Assembly (NCBI RefSeq): GCF_006345805.1
Contig: NW_021836128.1
Location: 124,001 to 188,000, forward strand
Source of the DNA: Octopus sinensis
Taxonomy: Eukaryota
Direction of reading: 5' to 3'
DNA length: 64,000 nucleotides
The position numbers and the translations under genes are program-made. Position 1 is the stretch's first letter; each line of letters begins with the position of its first letter. Shown here one piece after another: positions 13,670 to 27,274 of this stretch. Below the pieces are notes generated by a model, which was not told the DNA's origin, searched no databases, and was given only the letters and a program-made list of their open reading frames with translations.

Positions 13670-14230
13670 TTACAATGGCAAAATCTTGTTAACTATGGTT
13701 TTGCGAAAATAATCATTAATGGAATCGATCGACCCCAGTGCATCCTTTGTGATACAATCGTTTATAACTCTAATTTGAAACAATCGAAACTGAGCAACAA
13801 ATATTAACTAAAAACTTCTTACCAAAAAAGTATCAATAAAAAGAACTCATTTACAAAGTTTTTTAATATCAGGAGTTAATCTTGAAAGTTGGACTCTCAT
13901 TTCAAAAATATTCCAAATAACGATCAACTCAATAATTGGATTCACAGGGAAAGCATTTTTTGGTTATGCACGGGGGAATAATACGTTCAGAAACTGATTT
14001 CGAAAATAAAACTCCGAACTACTTGATTGTTACAAATCTCCCGATTTTGTTATTTTGTGGCAGATTTGGCTGACATTTTCAATCACCTTAACGAATTGAA
14101 TCTTTCAATTCAAGGGAAAGGAATAAACATTATTAATGCTTCTGACAATCTAAATGCCTTCAGAAATGAACTTTATTATGGACTCGATATATTCAAGACA
14201 ATAATTTTGCCAATTTATTTCAGTGGATAT
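13670..14230 (+). mobile_element. hAT (Buster-like) transposase fragments
   Basis: YGF...RPQCILC...SNLKQSKL (BED-like) and LADIFNHLNELNLSIQGK; about 13810-13905 repeats 11475-11570. Confidence 0.7.
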
Positions 14231-15231
14231 TCGCACAATATTTTTGTATAATTATTGGCAGTCACCCCGGAGTATTGATAACGCAAAGTGAGGCGATTAA
14301 ATTAGCCCACGATGCTATAAAACATGCAGCGCAAAAGGACCGATTCACGGGAAGATTTTCCCAAAGTATATTTTAATAAATAATATCTTAGCTCACACAA
14401 TATCTTTATTTGGAATTAGTTTAGTAGGGCTAACCCCACTACAATAACTTCTGAAATTCGTTTAGTGAAAATGTGTACGACTCAAATTCTTTAAAACGTA
14501 TTAAATTTTTTAATCTTGTAGATAAAAATGGAGTCGAAAAAATCGGAGTTTTTTCAAACAATTTTGCGGGATTTTCGGAAAATGTTAAGCTAATACACGA
14601 ATTAATGTATCATCGATATAAAATACACCCAATGTTATTGACATCTGGAGTAAATTAAAAAAATACGAGACAAATCATTCACGGTTGTGTGCTTCTACGA
14701 CAACAAGCATTTCTAGTGATTTTCGTGGATTACGATATAGCCAGAAAGCAGAGACGCCGGAAAACGGACAAAATCAAAGACTTAATTTTACTGGATGTCT
14801 GCTATTGATTAGTTTTATTTGATCCATTTTTGATTCTTCGTTATTTTTGATAGATTTCTTGTTAATAGATAAATAAGAATAAAGATGCAGTAAAAAATTC
14901 AAAAAGGTATTAAAAAACCAATATAAAAATGTCAAAATAATAAAAGAGAATGACTTAAAGGGAATAAAATTAAAAAAATGATGCAAATGATGAAATTTCA
15001 AATTCTGTAAACAGGAAATGAAAGTTCATAAAGATTTATTCCTTATAAATCAAATTAAATAAGAATGTAGAAAAGTACACACAAAATACCAACAAACTTA
15101 GTCACCCACATGTATCAGCGTGTTATAATTTATTAGGCTTACCTTTAAAAATAGGTTAACCATAATGTAATAATTTTAATTTAATAAATATGAATTTTAT
15201 TTATATTTTTGAGAAGATTCTCCTACCAATG

Positions 15232-16838
15232 TCAGTGAGAAGTGGAGTCACGGCCTAGCCGACGTTTCCTGAGGTCTCTAAGAACTTTGAACTCTTTCAC
15301 TGGATTGTCAATTTTGTGAAAAGCGATGCCTTTACTGACGACATCAGTATCAGATAAGTTTGACACATTTTTAGTGAGGACAGAAGGAATGTGAATATTT
15401 TTCATGTCGATCAAAGTTACTGTTTACTGAAATGTGCGATGAGACACCTGATTTGGCATTGGAAATTGACTTATGTCCCTTGGTAAATTCATTTGGTGGA
15501 AATTGTTAAATTCCCGACTCTCTGGACCAGCTTCTTAATTCTTCGTTTTGGGATTGGTCATCGTTGTAGGACTGCTGTATTTAAATGTGGGGACTAAAAA
15601 TGATTCAACTTTGATAAACAAAAAACTGAACATGATTGAATGAAGGTTCCAAGAACCAATTTTTTACAATCGATTTAGTCTAATACTTAATAATTTAATA
15701 AAAAACAAAATAAAAAAATATTTATGGTTTTCTAATTAAGTAAAGCAGGAAATGGTAAAAAATTATTATTACAGTTACTTGACATTACGATCAAAGATGA
15801 ACAAAACAAAATTAATCTATAGCTAAAAATAAACAAAAATAAAAAGCCCAAAACTAAAAAATTAATTATCTTTTTAAAAATTGTTTGAATGCGGCTGAAG
15901 TTGCCTCATGAACATCAGTTGGGCCCTTATCTTTCAACAAATCCGAATAGTTTATATACTCCAAAGTCTCAGAATCAATAAAAAATTCCTTTTTAAACTA
16001 AACAATTTTTCACTAAAATATACTTTCTTCATTTCACTAGGATCTATGTAAGTAAATGTTTCTGTAAACGACGCTGTCGGTTTATTGGTGATCAATTCCT
16101 GGGTCTTTGTGCTTGTCCCGGTTATCCAAACTTGCTGGGTTTTGTGGTATCTCCAATTCCTACGAAATCTAAACAACTCTGACAGATCTAAACTACAATT
16201 CAATGCATGCTTTCACATGGAGTTCATTTTGAGTGTGCAAATAAAACATAAGTGCCAAAGCTGTGTCACTGTGTCTTTCCAACTTCAACGGTGGGACCTA
16301 TTTTTTACAAAAAATGTCAAAATACCATTTTTTTAATGTTTTTGGTGTAGTAACATGGTGGGAGAATCATTTCTAACATACAAATATATAAATACCAGTT
16401 CCCTCGGCAGAACAGTCATTGGATGAATCATTCAAATCCACATTACTTAAATAATTAATTTTAAATACTTGTAAGGGATTGAATCAAAATCGTCTTTATC
16501 AAACCCTTGAAATTGTTCAGTGCCTGCTTCTTGAGATTCTTGAAATTCTTCGACTAATTTTTTTAAATTTGCAAATTTTTCGAATGTATTTTGACTGATG
16601 GATGTCTTGTTTGGGTCAGTGTTTTTCTTTTTTTCAGTTTTTTGTGTATTGGTCATGCAAATTGGGGCTGTTGGTCATGAAATAAGTAGTTTTTTACTTG
16701 TAGGAGTCCTTTCTAGTTCGTCCCGTAATTCATGGAACCATTGACTATTATTAGTTAATGTTTATAGTGCCTTTGGTACCTTTTTCCTTTTACATTCTTC
16801 TTTTTTTGGTCAGGACTCTCCCTGTTCGTAGAAGACAT
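15232..16838 (-). CDS. Unidentified multi-exon gene, low-complexity protein
   Basis: Colinear minus-strand ORF pieces (16447-16656, 15952-16203, 15232-15414) separated by short GT-AG-like AT-rich gaps; no recognisable domain. Confidence 0.35.
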
Positions 16839-17772
16839 CAAATAAAATATATGTTAATTAATTTTTATTTAAATCAATTTTTTAATAAATTTTTTATTTA
16901 TTTAATAATTTTCTAAATTAATTCTATTTTTCTGAAAATTTAAAAATTTCTTTTTTAATATTTTTTTATTTGACGGATTGTTATTAGCATAAAATTCTGA
17001 TATTTATTCGATCAGAGAAAGTTGAATAATTTTTTGACCTCATTAATATATTTTATGTAAATATTGATTTTTAAACTTTGATAACTTGTATTATTAATAA
17101 CGTGAAATATTTACATAGAGACATTTTAAAGAGTATGTTTGTTAAATTTCAATAGATTGTCAAGGAGTTTGGATATCTTACAGTTATAGATGAAACTATT
17201 TGGGTTTGTTATATTAAATTTTCAACTCTGTTGGAATTGTTGTATCAATTCGTATTTCTGCGAGTTTCTACAGATATACTACCAAGCAAGCACAAAGAAT
17301 TATCGCAAGAAAATGATGTGCAAATAATTATGTTTTTTATTTTAACCGAGAAGATATTCCTTATTTGACTGTCACGTTGAACTGAAGAATATTTTTTAGT
17401 AAAATGTAAATATTTTCAGCTTCTTTATTTACGATGAAACCCGGAGTATATAACGATATAAAATTTTATCAATCATCTGCTGAACACGTGATCATGGCCG
17501 GGTTTGCTAGAATTTCCTTTAATTTATCACGTGAAAGGCGCATCAGGTTGACTATAAAAGCGATGTGCCTGATATTTATCGAAAATGTTATTCGGTCGTA
17601 TATTAAAAGCATCATGGTTTTAGATCGAGATGTCCTTGTGGCTGCAGAATATCTCTTCTTAATGAACAAATCCGTCAATCATCAATTAAATTCTTATTTT
17701 TTTAATAACAATTTTGTTTATCAAAATTTCGCAACAAAGGTAAAACGAATAATTTTTACTGGCAGACAAAGA

Positions 17773-18242
17773 AATGTCCGGAGTCGAACAATAGCTTCAG
17801 CATAGAGAGCATATTAGGAACTAATTCGGATATTTCCTCTGTGTACTCTTCCGACACTGAGCCATCTAATCCGCTCATTTTGGCTCCTTTTGAACACAAA
17901 ACAGTCAATCAAGGAACTCAGGGAGAAAATATGAGAGTTCGAAAATTCGTATGTCATTACGAAAACTGTGGAAAGGCCTATTTCAAAAATTCTCACTTAA
18001 AAACTCATTATCGGAAGCACACAGGTGAGGAATCCAAAATAACAACTTTAGGGGAGAAACCATACAAATGCAATTTTGAAAATTGTAGCAAATGTTTCTC
18101 GCGGTCAGATGAACTGGGGAGACACCGCCGCATACATACGGGAGAGAGGAACTACACGTGTCCTTACTGTCAGCTGAAATACATTCGTTCTGACCATTTA
18201 TCCAAACACGTCCAAAACAAACACAAAAAACAGAAAAGTTAA
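17773..18242 (+). CDS. Kruppel-like factor (3 C2H2 fingers, KLF9/10/11/13-like); start uncertain
   Basis: CHYENCGKAYFKNSHLKTHYRKHTG^EKPYKC...FSRSDELGRHRRIHTGERNYTCPYC...RSDHLSKH; 27-nt intron 18025-18051. Confidence 0.92.
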
Positions 18243-19699
18243 ATAAGAACTTCATATAATCCTTTTATTTAAAGCATTTTACATTTTCTTATAATTTTAA
18301 TCACGTGAACACTGATTTGAGCGCGTGAAAATTCTTGGGCGGGTATTCGGTTAGTCTCATGGGTGGTTCCCGATATAGTTTTAATTATTTGTTTTTATTC
18401 AATGACAATTTTCCGACTCAACACATTCAAATGACGTGTGTTGTTACCGCATAGACCAACAAGACAAGGATTTTCATACTTGTTGAGACTCACCCTATGA
18501 AAGAAGAGTAATCAACGTGGATGACCAACCCAATTTGTTAGATTACTCGAAATGATTATGTCATCTTCAATTTTCACTGAATTTTTTCATTCCCATGTTA
18601 AATTTCAATAGATTGTCAAGGAGTTTGAATATCTTACAGTTATAGATGAAACTATTGGGTTTGATAAATTAACGCTTAAAATAATTACAAAGTCAAAATT
18701 TTAATTCACAAATAATGATTCAAAACATGACGAAAATTGCGAGGAACTTGGCCAAAGCTTATTAACATTAAGTTTTTGAATTGAAAAAATCTTTTTTTGA
18801 TTTTTTAAAGTCACTTGAATTTTTTTTAAAAATTCGCTATGATCGCTTAGTCTGCATGTATCAGATCCTTGTGAAGGAAGATGACGTAGTGAGTTTATTT
18901 TTGTGACTTCAAGAAGGCTATTGACATACCGACACTCTCCTACTTGTCATTAGTCTTCTCATTTGATGTGCAAATCGAGGTGCAGTGTTGGTTGATGGCA
19001 GGGATTTTTGGTTATGTCTTTCCTCACAGATTAGCTTTTTTGTTCGGATCAGAACCCTGAATTAAATGAGCAAAAATCCAATAATTGAAATGAGTTTATT
19101 TAAGTACAGGAGTGAATATTAGTAGTAAAAGAAAAAATTTCATATTTGTTTCATTTCTTGCTATCTCAGCACATCACGTCGTCCATATCATTTGAGAAAC
19201 ATTGTTGCATATCTGAATAAATAATATTCATGCTTGTTGCTCCCACAGTGGACACTGTGATTGTTCCGGAAAACATTTGTCACTCATAATTATTACTAGG
19301 CTATGAAATAGATATGGATATACTCTAGTATTAGCCAATTATTTTTGCCTCCAAGTATTCTAAGCTATACATCGACATGAATACGATAGAATTCACTAAT
19401 TCGAAAGCACATTATAAACCTTGCAATATAAATTTTGTATGTAATGTTTATAAAAGAACGGTATGTTTTGTATCTCGGCAAAATACTAAAATTTTGTTAT
19501 ACTAAAAAATACAGATATAACAAACACGAACACGTCAAGAACACTTGAAACTCGAACATTCAAAAAGGGGTTTTATAAAACAGAGATTTTTAAGCATTTA
19601 GAAAATAATTATTTTATCCCCAGCTTTTCTTATACTTCGTACTTTTTTTTATAAAATAAAGCCGAAAATCGTAAAATTCTTTTAGCAGTTTAAAATATT

Positions 19700-21000
19700 A
19701 AGTTATAATTTTTTTAAACAAGAAAGTCAATTTATTGCAAATCAAATTTTTGTTTTCGGGCAATGTATTTCAAAATATAATCATTTCTTGCAATAGAGCA
19801 TAAGAATTAATCCGTGTTTACAGTTCTTTGTTCAAAAAAGATCACAATTGTTTTTTACTCGCGAAATCATACCTTTAATGGTATTGTATTTTTTTTAATT
19901 ATTGGTATTTGAGATAATTTGTTTCTTTAATATCAATTTGACAATTATTAATTTTGTTTCGTAATTGGTAACCATCACAAAAAAGTTTAAATCAATTCTA
20001 TAATTATTGTCGACAAACAAAACAACTCTGAAGTGATTGTCAATAGGTTAAAAATTGTTAGAAATATATTACTTTACGCTCTAAAATCTCTCAATTCGGA
20101 TCTCCCAACCTAAAAAAACAATTAATATTTACTTGGTCGAAAGTGATTTTGAATTATAATCTGTTTTTAATCAATAAAATCTGTTATAAGACGCACTGCT
20201 TCATTTCTCGAATAACATGGCTCTTCTGAAAATACAACAATAATCTAAAGATACATTGTTTTCTGTAAAATGACCTTCTCCATTTTAAATCCCGCATTGG
20301 CGTCCTGATCCTGCAGTAGGCTGCTTTTTGACTGAAGGGTGTTCCAATTGTGATTTCTCGCAGTCCTGTTATGTATAATTTTTTTAGTAATAATATCCCC
20401 TGCATTAACATTAATGTGATTGATATATTTCCAAAAATTAATTTCTAGCAAAATCACAATTTTATAAACAGTTTGACAAAAATTGTGAGGGACTTGGTCA
20501 AAGTTTATTAAAATTATTTTTTTGATTTAAAACTGATTTTTTTAGTTTTTTAAAGTTAATTGCATCCTTATTTCAAAATATAAAAAAGTTGAAATTCTTC
20601 TGTTCTTTATTTGTAGTTAGTTCTATAGCCTTCAAATATGGACATATCCTGGACATTTTTCCTTACAAGTTGTATTTATGTCGCATTTCTCGATATTGGT
20701 GAAAATTTTCATTTTGAAGTACATTGATTTAGTTGTAATTATATGTGCTATTACTTTAAAATGTATTTTAATAGTATTGTTGTGGATTACAAGTAATGGT
20801 GACCACATATATACTTCAAAGTATCACTTTATCAGCTCAATGGTTAAAAATATTTGTTCTGATCTCAAATATCGTTGTATTAACTTATTTTTGTTAATAA
20901 ATCTGTCATCTACTGTAGTTGATTTGGCATATGGAATGTGGAATGACTTCTTGTCTTTGTTATCCGACTGATTTCACATTCTCTTGGACTATAGTAAGTT
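19700..21000 (-). mobile_element. Possible highly decayed DNA transposon (MULE/SWIM-like)
   Basis: Broken Cys/His pattern near 20630-20700 (KCDI..TC....ICP) in AT-rich, stop-ridden sequence; weak. Confidence 0.25.
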
Positions 21001-21289
21001 TTCAGGACTTATGAATAACATATTTCTTGATCTGATATTAATTTGGAGAATTTCAATCTATACATTAATTTTTTTAATTCTAAAAAATTGACTATTATCT
21101 ACACATCAAAATTTACAGGGTTATCTGAGCTATAATATCGAAAACGCAAGCATTATTGTTGACACTATATAAGTCTTGATGACCGTTTGTATTAAATTCT
21201 TTTTTTCAATTTAGAAACTAACTAAAAATCAACTTCAATATTGAAAAGGATATCGCAGTCTTGAAGACGACTGAAATCATACATTGCAA

Positions 21290-21885
21290 CGCTAAAGATG
21301 TGGACTATAGAGAAGGGTTTGACCCTAGCACCGGAGAAGAGCACCATTTCATGGTTGCGGAGAGGGAGTCGCTATGCGGAGTCGTGTGCATATGCGATGA
21401 GTAGCTATGTGATGGATCTCCCGAAAAGCAAAAATCTTTCTTACCTGGGAGCAACCATCAACTGTCGTGGCTCATACGTAGAGCATATAGCAAATCAGAG
21501 AAAGAGGAGTGTGAGGATCCTCAAAAGCTTAACCAGGTTCCATCTGGATCCGGAAACGTACATCTACGTATACAAAACGTGTGTGCAGCCAGTCCTCACA
21601 TATGGCTACGAGGGCTGGTACGGTACGGAGGAGAGTGACTACCTGATCGAACAGTTGGAAAAGACAAGACGTTTCGCTATGAAATTGGCTTACGGAGTAC
21701 AACTTGACGGAAGGTTAAAAGACTCACAAGAATCCTCTGTGCCCACGATCCGGATGGTCTTGGAGAATTGTCGTCAAACATGACTAGTATTGGGGATACG
21801 CATGGAAAGAGACACTTCGGTGCCTTGTTTTTATCTCCCCGCCGATGATTTCTTCTTTGTTTTTCTTTTCGCTCAATAAACGCTA
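21290..21885 (+). mobile_element. LINE 3' fragment (RT thumb/C-terminus plus 3' UTR)
   Basis: GLTLAPEKS, YLGATI, YKTCVQPVLTYG; homologous to 23350-24165. Confidence 0.8.
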
Positions 21886-22429
21886 TTCTATTCTTCAATA
21901 TTGACTTCAATTCTATTTTTCAAACGTTTTTTAGATATGTGGATTCTATCATTAACAGATCTAATACCATTTTCAATTTGATTTTTGCGGTTGCATTTTG
22001 AAGTTTGTAACAACAAATTGACTTGAAAATGTTATAGACGGTGTCAACAATAAAGAGAGACAAAAACGATTAGAAGTGTTCTTGAGAGAGTCTTTTTTCC
22101 TCTCGAATCTGGAATTAAACATAAAAAAGAGGGAAACAACGCAGAAGAGGCATACATTGTCTCATTAACTTTCTCTCACTTTTTCGGCTTTTCCTTTCAA
22201 ATAAATAAATAAATTCATTCATTCATAAAGAGAGACTTTTAGATAAAATTGTTTGTAAATAATTAATGAACCATAAGCTGCTTTCACTCGAGGACAAACT
22301 GAAAAGTAATTTCCTTTGAAATTAAATGTTCAATTAAACTGGGATAACATATATTGCCAGCACATACTTGAAAATATCTCCTCACACGCTGATCAGTTCA
22401 GTTGAAAAGTATTAATTGTGCATGTCAGC

Positions 22430-23097
22430 CACATTTGGCCGATTGGCTTAATGCGTTACCAATCTCGTCAGGCGGTAGGTTCCTGGACAACGAATAAGTC
22501 CGCATTGGAGTTTTTATACGCCTTGGCATTGAGATTTGCCAGCCGCATTATTGAAGATATGGTAAACTCGTTGACAGGAGGGAGTTACACCCTCTCTTTT
22601 GTCGCCTCAGTGCCGGCAGGATCCTCAGACACGCATCATCAAATGATGTTATGAAGCGCGCACTTAACGCCGTTGAATTTGTCTCAATATTAGAACCGAT
22701 TAAACTGGACTGATGGGACTGAAAACGTCCTGATGGGTCGACCTTATTCCCGTTCAGGGGAAGACTGGCCCTTTTGTAAGATGTTACCTGCGTAGACTCA
22801 TTTTCCTCACTATCGCTGATCGACTCCATTTTCCGTCCTGGATCTGCATCTGCCCTTGCCGAATCTAGGAAATCTGCAAAATATACATCGTTGACCGATA
22901 CCTGCTGCTTCTTTCCCCTGGCTTTCGAGACCAGTGGGATAATTGGATCCAAAGCGCTAAAAATACTCTCGGAGATTGGTTTAGTCATCTCTAGGAGGAG
23001 TCACGACGGTGTCATGAGCTGCTTTTTTCAACGGATATCGTTCGCGATATTACGTGGGAATTACCTGTCCATCCGCTCGGCGAGTAATTTAAATTAG
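22430..23097 (+). mobile_element. CRE-like retroposon 3' fragment (decayed)
   Basis: KRPDGSTLFPF, DVTCVDS, FFPLAFETSG, FQRISFAILRGN. Confidence 0.85.
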
Positions 23098-23349
23098 CGA
23101 ACAGTTCTTTTATGTTGACTAAAAAAAATTTTTTTAATAAAAAAAATTTAATTGCCACGACTTATTCGGACTTCCGAACTTGATAATGGAAAAAGAACAA
23201 AAAATACTACGCAGGATAAAAATGCAAATCACTATTTATATATTAGACCAAAATAACTAGATAAATAGCATCAACTCGAAACAAGTAACTCTAAAGATAA
23301 TATTAAAAAGTCCACAGAAAAAGTGCATTTAAAGAAATTGATTGACTAT

Positions 23350-24165
23350 AAAAGGATATGATTGGAATAAAAGAAGATAAAAAGAGGTGTCCCTCAGGGT
23401 TCTATACTGAGCCCGCTATTATTCAATCTTTTTCTTGCTGACATCCCGTTACCTACGGGTCGATCGAGTAATCTCACTGTATACGTGGACGACATTCTCG
23501 TGACTGATGTCTTGAGACGGAGTGATCTGTCATGGCGAAGGCTTGAACCATACCTATAAAGGATAATGGAAAGGGTATAACGCTGGCCCGTGACAAGAGC
23601 AAAGTTTGCAGGCTGTCGAAGCGGAGGAGCGAAACTGCTCGTGTCTTTGGAGTTGGGGACTTAAAACTTTCGCAAAACCTCCAATACCTTGAGGTTACAA
23701 TAGATGCCAGAGGCTCTTATAGAAATCATATCGATACCCAAAGAAAGAGAGCCGTTAAAATCCTACGAAGCCTTATCAGATTTCATCTGAGTCCCGAAAC
23801 ATACATCTACATATACAAGACACATGTACAACCGATTCTCACCTACGGGTTTGAGGGCTGGTATGACACAGGTGAGAGAGTTTGTTTAATCAACAAACTC
23901 GAGAAAACAAGGCGTTACGCCATTAAGTTGGCCTACGGTTTCGATCTCAAGGAAAAATTGGATAACTCATATGAATCCTGCGTCCCCAAAATACAGTCCA
24001 TCCTGGAGAAGGCGCAGTTGTTTTTTTAGTGGACATCAGATATCTAAAGTGTCTATCAGGGAAATATGCTGCTCAGTAGAGACACTCCGGTGCCTCATTC
24101 TTTTTAAATTTCCCGTCGTCGATAATGGCTAATTTTTCCTGTCTTCCTAACTAGTAAAATAAAAA
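23350..24165 (+). mobile_element. LINE fragment, RT core to 3' UTR
   Basis: RGVPQGSILSPLLFNLFLADIP, YVDDI, YIYIYKTHVQPILTYG. Confidence 0.85.
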
Positions 24166-24169
24166 AGAA

Positions 24170-24910
24170 GTGGTAAAGTCCCTTAAAAGAAGCGCCGATC
24201 AAGTTAAACTCGCCTCGTTGAATGCAGCCTGTCACCCGCATTCTGGAGACTGGTTGAAAGCCATCCCTCTGTCCACCGCTGGCCTCCTCTTGGATGATGA
24301 ATCGACTCGAATCGGGACCTGTCTTCGTCTGGGAATTCCCCTTTGCCACCCTCACCGGTGCAAGTGCGGCCACATGATTGACCCCGATGGTCTCCACTCC
24401 CTTTCGTGCCGCTTAAGCACCGGACGTATCCCGAGACACGCTGGCCTGAACCACGTCATTAAACAGGCCCTCAATGCCGCAGGCTTCCCTTCTGTTCTGG
24501 AGCCTGCCGGCCTCGACCGTGGCGACGGCAAGCGTCCAGACGGAATGACGGTCTTTCCATTCTCGGAGGGGAAATGTCTCGTTTGGGATGTTACCTGCGC
24601 GGACACCTTTGCCCCCGGGACCGTTGCTCAGTCTGCGTCCTCCCCCGGCTTCGCTTCCCGTCGGGCTGAGGAGACGAAGCGGAAGAAATACGCCTCTCTC
24701 CCACCAAATTACCACTTTGTCCCGATTGCTGTGGAGACAAGTGGAGTGATAGGGGTGACCGGAGTGTCGCTCCTGAACGAAATCGGGAAGTGCATCTACA
24801 AGTGCACGAAGGACCACCGCCAAATCGGCTGGCTGTACCAGAGGATATCGATCGCAATCTTGCGAGGTAACTCGCTTGCAATCCGAGGTGCAGCCACTGC
24901 TGACACTTAA
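24170..24910 (+). mobile_element. CRE-like retroposon, uninterrupted C-terminal zinc knuckle + REL endonuclease
   Basis: 246-aa ORF with HSGDWL, CKCG...HSLSC...RH, GKRPDG, WDVTCADT, FVPIAVETSG, QRISIAILRGN. Confidence 0.9.
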
Positions 24911-25639
24911 TTAGTTATTTTGAGGAACTCTTTTCTAAAAAAAATCAAAAAGGTAAAATAAAAAAATTGTAATTGTAAAAGAAGATATTAATACATACAT
25001 CCAGGACCGAATTTCGAGAAGACAACTGGTGCTTCGAATTGAATCGGAATAAATTTTATAGACAAGTATCAGGAAATAAAATTTTTGCTGTGTTTGCCTT
25101 CAATGACAATGCAATGAAGCTGAAGAATAAGATTTCCATAATTGAAGTGGGAATTATATTGAAGGAGACTCAAGCAAACCTAAGTAAAAAATTAAATAAA
25201 TACTTGTGATAAAGAAAACACTAGAAAGCATATTAGTTGAGCATAGGCATAGCATTCAAAAGTCTCAAAAAGAAGTCATCACGGCAACCAGCCAGCTTAT
25301 TGAAATAACAAATTAATTTTGCAAAGATCTCTCGGATGAAACAAATGGGAAAATTTTTAATGATTCTGAGCATGAAAGTGCAAACAGTGAGTTGATAGAT
25401 AGTTCTTCTAAAATAAGAAAAATTCCCGGAGACCAATAAATGAATTACTTAATTTCTTATTATGTTGCATTCTTGGTTTAAAAATTTTACTAAATTTTAT
25501 TTTTTCGAGAATTATTTTTTAACAAAAACACCAATTAATAAATATAATTTTTTTAATAAGAAAGTTTCTAATGCATTCGAGAAATTTCTTGTTTAGTAAA
25601 AGAAGACTTGGATGCGAAATAAACAATTGATTTAAATAA

Positions 25640-27260
25640 TCAAAATCTGGGACTTTCCGGGACAAAAAAATTTTAACTGAAAAGCAAAAAAATATTTTTA
25701 ATTAAAATTAACTAAGAAATTCAATTATATTTTCCAACTAAATGAACTTTATCTGGAAATTTTTGATTATTTTTGATTTAAAAAAATCAATGCACGGTAT
25801 GTCAATATTAGATAATTTTAATGAAATTTTGAATTTGAATACTCTTCTCATTAAAATATTTACAAACATGCATCCAATTTAATTTGCAATTCTCTTGATT
25901 AGTTTTCAATTCCTTGTTTGTTGTTGACCTGAACGATTTAACATTAACAAATTCATCAAATGAATCGTCAACATTTATATATTTGAATCCAATTTTTTCA
26001 TTAATTTTTTTTTCTGCCGATGCTTTTGTATCAACCCATTCAATATCAAACATAGGAGCAATAAAAAGCATTAAAATTTCTTTTCAACAATTCAAGTTGA
26101 AATTTATTTTCATTCATATCACTGAGTTTTGTTTTTAATGGAATGAAGAAACTATATTTTGTTCCTGAATATTATTTTTCAAATCATTTAACAATTTGAA
26201 AGCGTCACTTGCAGTTTCATTGGTTTTTTCAATGTATAATAATGTTTTATTGAATATATTAAGCTGGTCTTCAACGAACAATAGATAAATCTCTCCATAC
26301 GGATTTTCGAAAAAATTCCTAATTAAAAATATACCTAATATGATTAGGGCAGTTTTCATGAGAAAAATGATTTTAAGCCTTCATATAAATGAAGAATTCT
26401 TTCAACTGCTTGTAGCAAAGACACAAATCTTGTATTTCCGTGCTGAAGAATTTTCTTGTATTCCATTTCCTCAGAGTCACAAAATTCCTTTAGTTCTGTC
26501 ACACGCACCGTGTAAAATTTACACTGTAAATATAAAAATATTTGTAAATTTTACCGACAAAACATTCTAAATCAATTGAAAGTGAATCAACTGCATGTTG
26601 AATACAGTTGTGTGTTATATGAGCACCACATCCAACACCAATAATATCTCTCAAGTTTTTTTAATCGGTAATCGATTTTTGACTTTTTTCTGTTTAAACC
26701 GCCACAATTTGTATTGAAATTATTACGACAAAAACTTACAACATCATTGAATAGATTATGTTTTTCCAATTAAGAATATATTCAGTCAACTATAACTTCT
26801 GAGGTTTCACAAGTAAATGAACAAAAATCAAGAAATTTTACCATCATTCCTACCTCTAGTAAAAAATATCTGCCATCAATTGGGATAAGTTTAACATTTT
26901 TCTATTTGACATGTCAATCGTAATAGATATAAAACGGACCGTAATTAATTTAGTTGCCAATTCTTCTTGGCCCAATGGAAAAATTTCATTACATGTTAAA
27001 GCTTCAGTTTTCGTTCTAGCTGAAGTAGACATTGGTTCGAACAAAATAAATATTAGTTTTGAAAAATAGTCGGCAACATTAGAACTAATGCTATAGAGTG
27101 CAGTGTAATATGCAAACATTGCCTCTTTTGTAGTAATAGTTTTTACTTTTAAGAAATGATTCAATGCAAGTATTTTAAGCTGCTGTTGAAATGCATAAGT
27201 TATGCTTATTTGATTAATCGGATGGTTAAAAATACATTTTCACAAACAATTTTTAAAGAA
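25640..27260 (-). mobile_element. hAT transposase remnant (Blackjack-like)
   Basis: EAMFAYY, ARTKTEA, FISITIDMSN, GVGCGAHITHNC; subterminal GGGAC/CCGGGAC motifs at ~25649-25663. Confidence 0.7.
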
Positions 27261-27274
27261 CGTGCTATATTAAA

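Noticed and set aside
14262-14470. Possible proteasome beta-subunit C-terminal fragment (EAIKLAHDAIKHAAQKDRFTG)
   Set aside because: Single short motif with no upstream exons visible; insufficient support
18301-18345. E-box CACGTG and GC-box GGGCGGG downstream of KLF
   Set aside because: Short motifs that can occur by chance; no functional evidence
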